Assembly: GCF_001194135.2 (NCBI RefSeq)
Contig: NC_068985.1
Coordinates: 22,625,510-22,689,509, forward strand
Length of the DNA stretch: 64,000 nt
Direction: 5' to 3'
From: Octopus bimaculoides
Taxonomy: Eukaryota
This document shows positions 63,750 to 64,000 of this stretch, piece after piece. Position 1 is the first letter of the stretch. Each line of letters begins with the position of its first letter. The notes beneath the pieces are model-generated. The model searched no databases. It worked only from the letters and a program-made list of their open reading frames with translations, and was not told where the DNA came from. A program made the translations under genes and the position numbers.

Positions 63750-64000
63750 GTAACATCATCATCATCATCATCATCGTTTAACGTCCGCTTTCCATGCTAG
63801 CATGGGTTGGACGATTTGACTGAGGACTGGTGAAACCGGATGGCAACACCAGGCTCCAGTCTGATTTGGCAGAGTTTCTACAGCTGGATGCCCTTCCTAA
63901 CGCCAACCACTCAGAGAGTGTAGTGGGTGCTTTTACGTGTCACCCGCACGAAAACGGCCACGCTCGAAATGGTGTCTTTTATGTGCCACCCGCACAAGCC
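63750..64000 (-). mobile_element. Abundant SINE/RTE-tail repeat ending in (GAT)n
   Basis: (CAT)n-CGTTTAACGTCCGCTTTCCATGCTAGCATGGGTTGGACG...GGATGCCCTTCCTAACGCCAACC. Other copies at ~2850-3110, 4203-4395, 15600-15900, 17520-17800, 32400-32540, 53575-53705, 58970-59150 and 63320-63560. Confidence 0.8.

Overview
AT-rich, repeat-dense eukaryotic genomic DNA. The (TA)n/(CAT)n microsatellites, tRNA-headed SINE families and gene content point to an octopod cephalopod (inference). There are two N gaps (11267-11339, 42632-43283). Four protein-coding genes were reconstructed by hand from splice sites and translation: cyclin B3 (- strand, 10 coding exons, 420 aa), an intronless AKAP7-like 2H-phosphoesterase (+), ribosomal protein eS24/RPS24 (-, 131 aa) and the 5' part of PARG (+, 8 exons, running off the window). 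RPS24 and PARG are head-to-head. The most notable uncharacterised structure lies in RPS24. Intron 2 holds an amplified family of at least six ~135-140 nt hairpin-H box-hairpin-ACA elements (candidate H/ACA snoRNAs) in two subfamilies. One subfamily has a guide pocket matching a conserved LSU rRNA pseudouridine site; the other has a rewritten pocket. RPS24 also has a candidate 31-nt stop-containing cassette exon that would change the C-terminal lysine tail, reminiscent of vertebrate RPS24 microexons. The rest is transposon debris: Tigger, mariner, piggyBac, Helitron, Gypsy gag/LTR, RTE and RLE-type LINEs, several MITEs and many SINEs. All coordinates were read by eye; no alignment, folding or database search was run.
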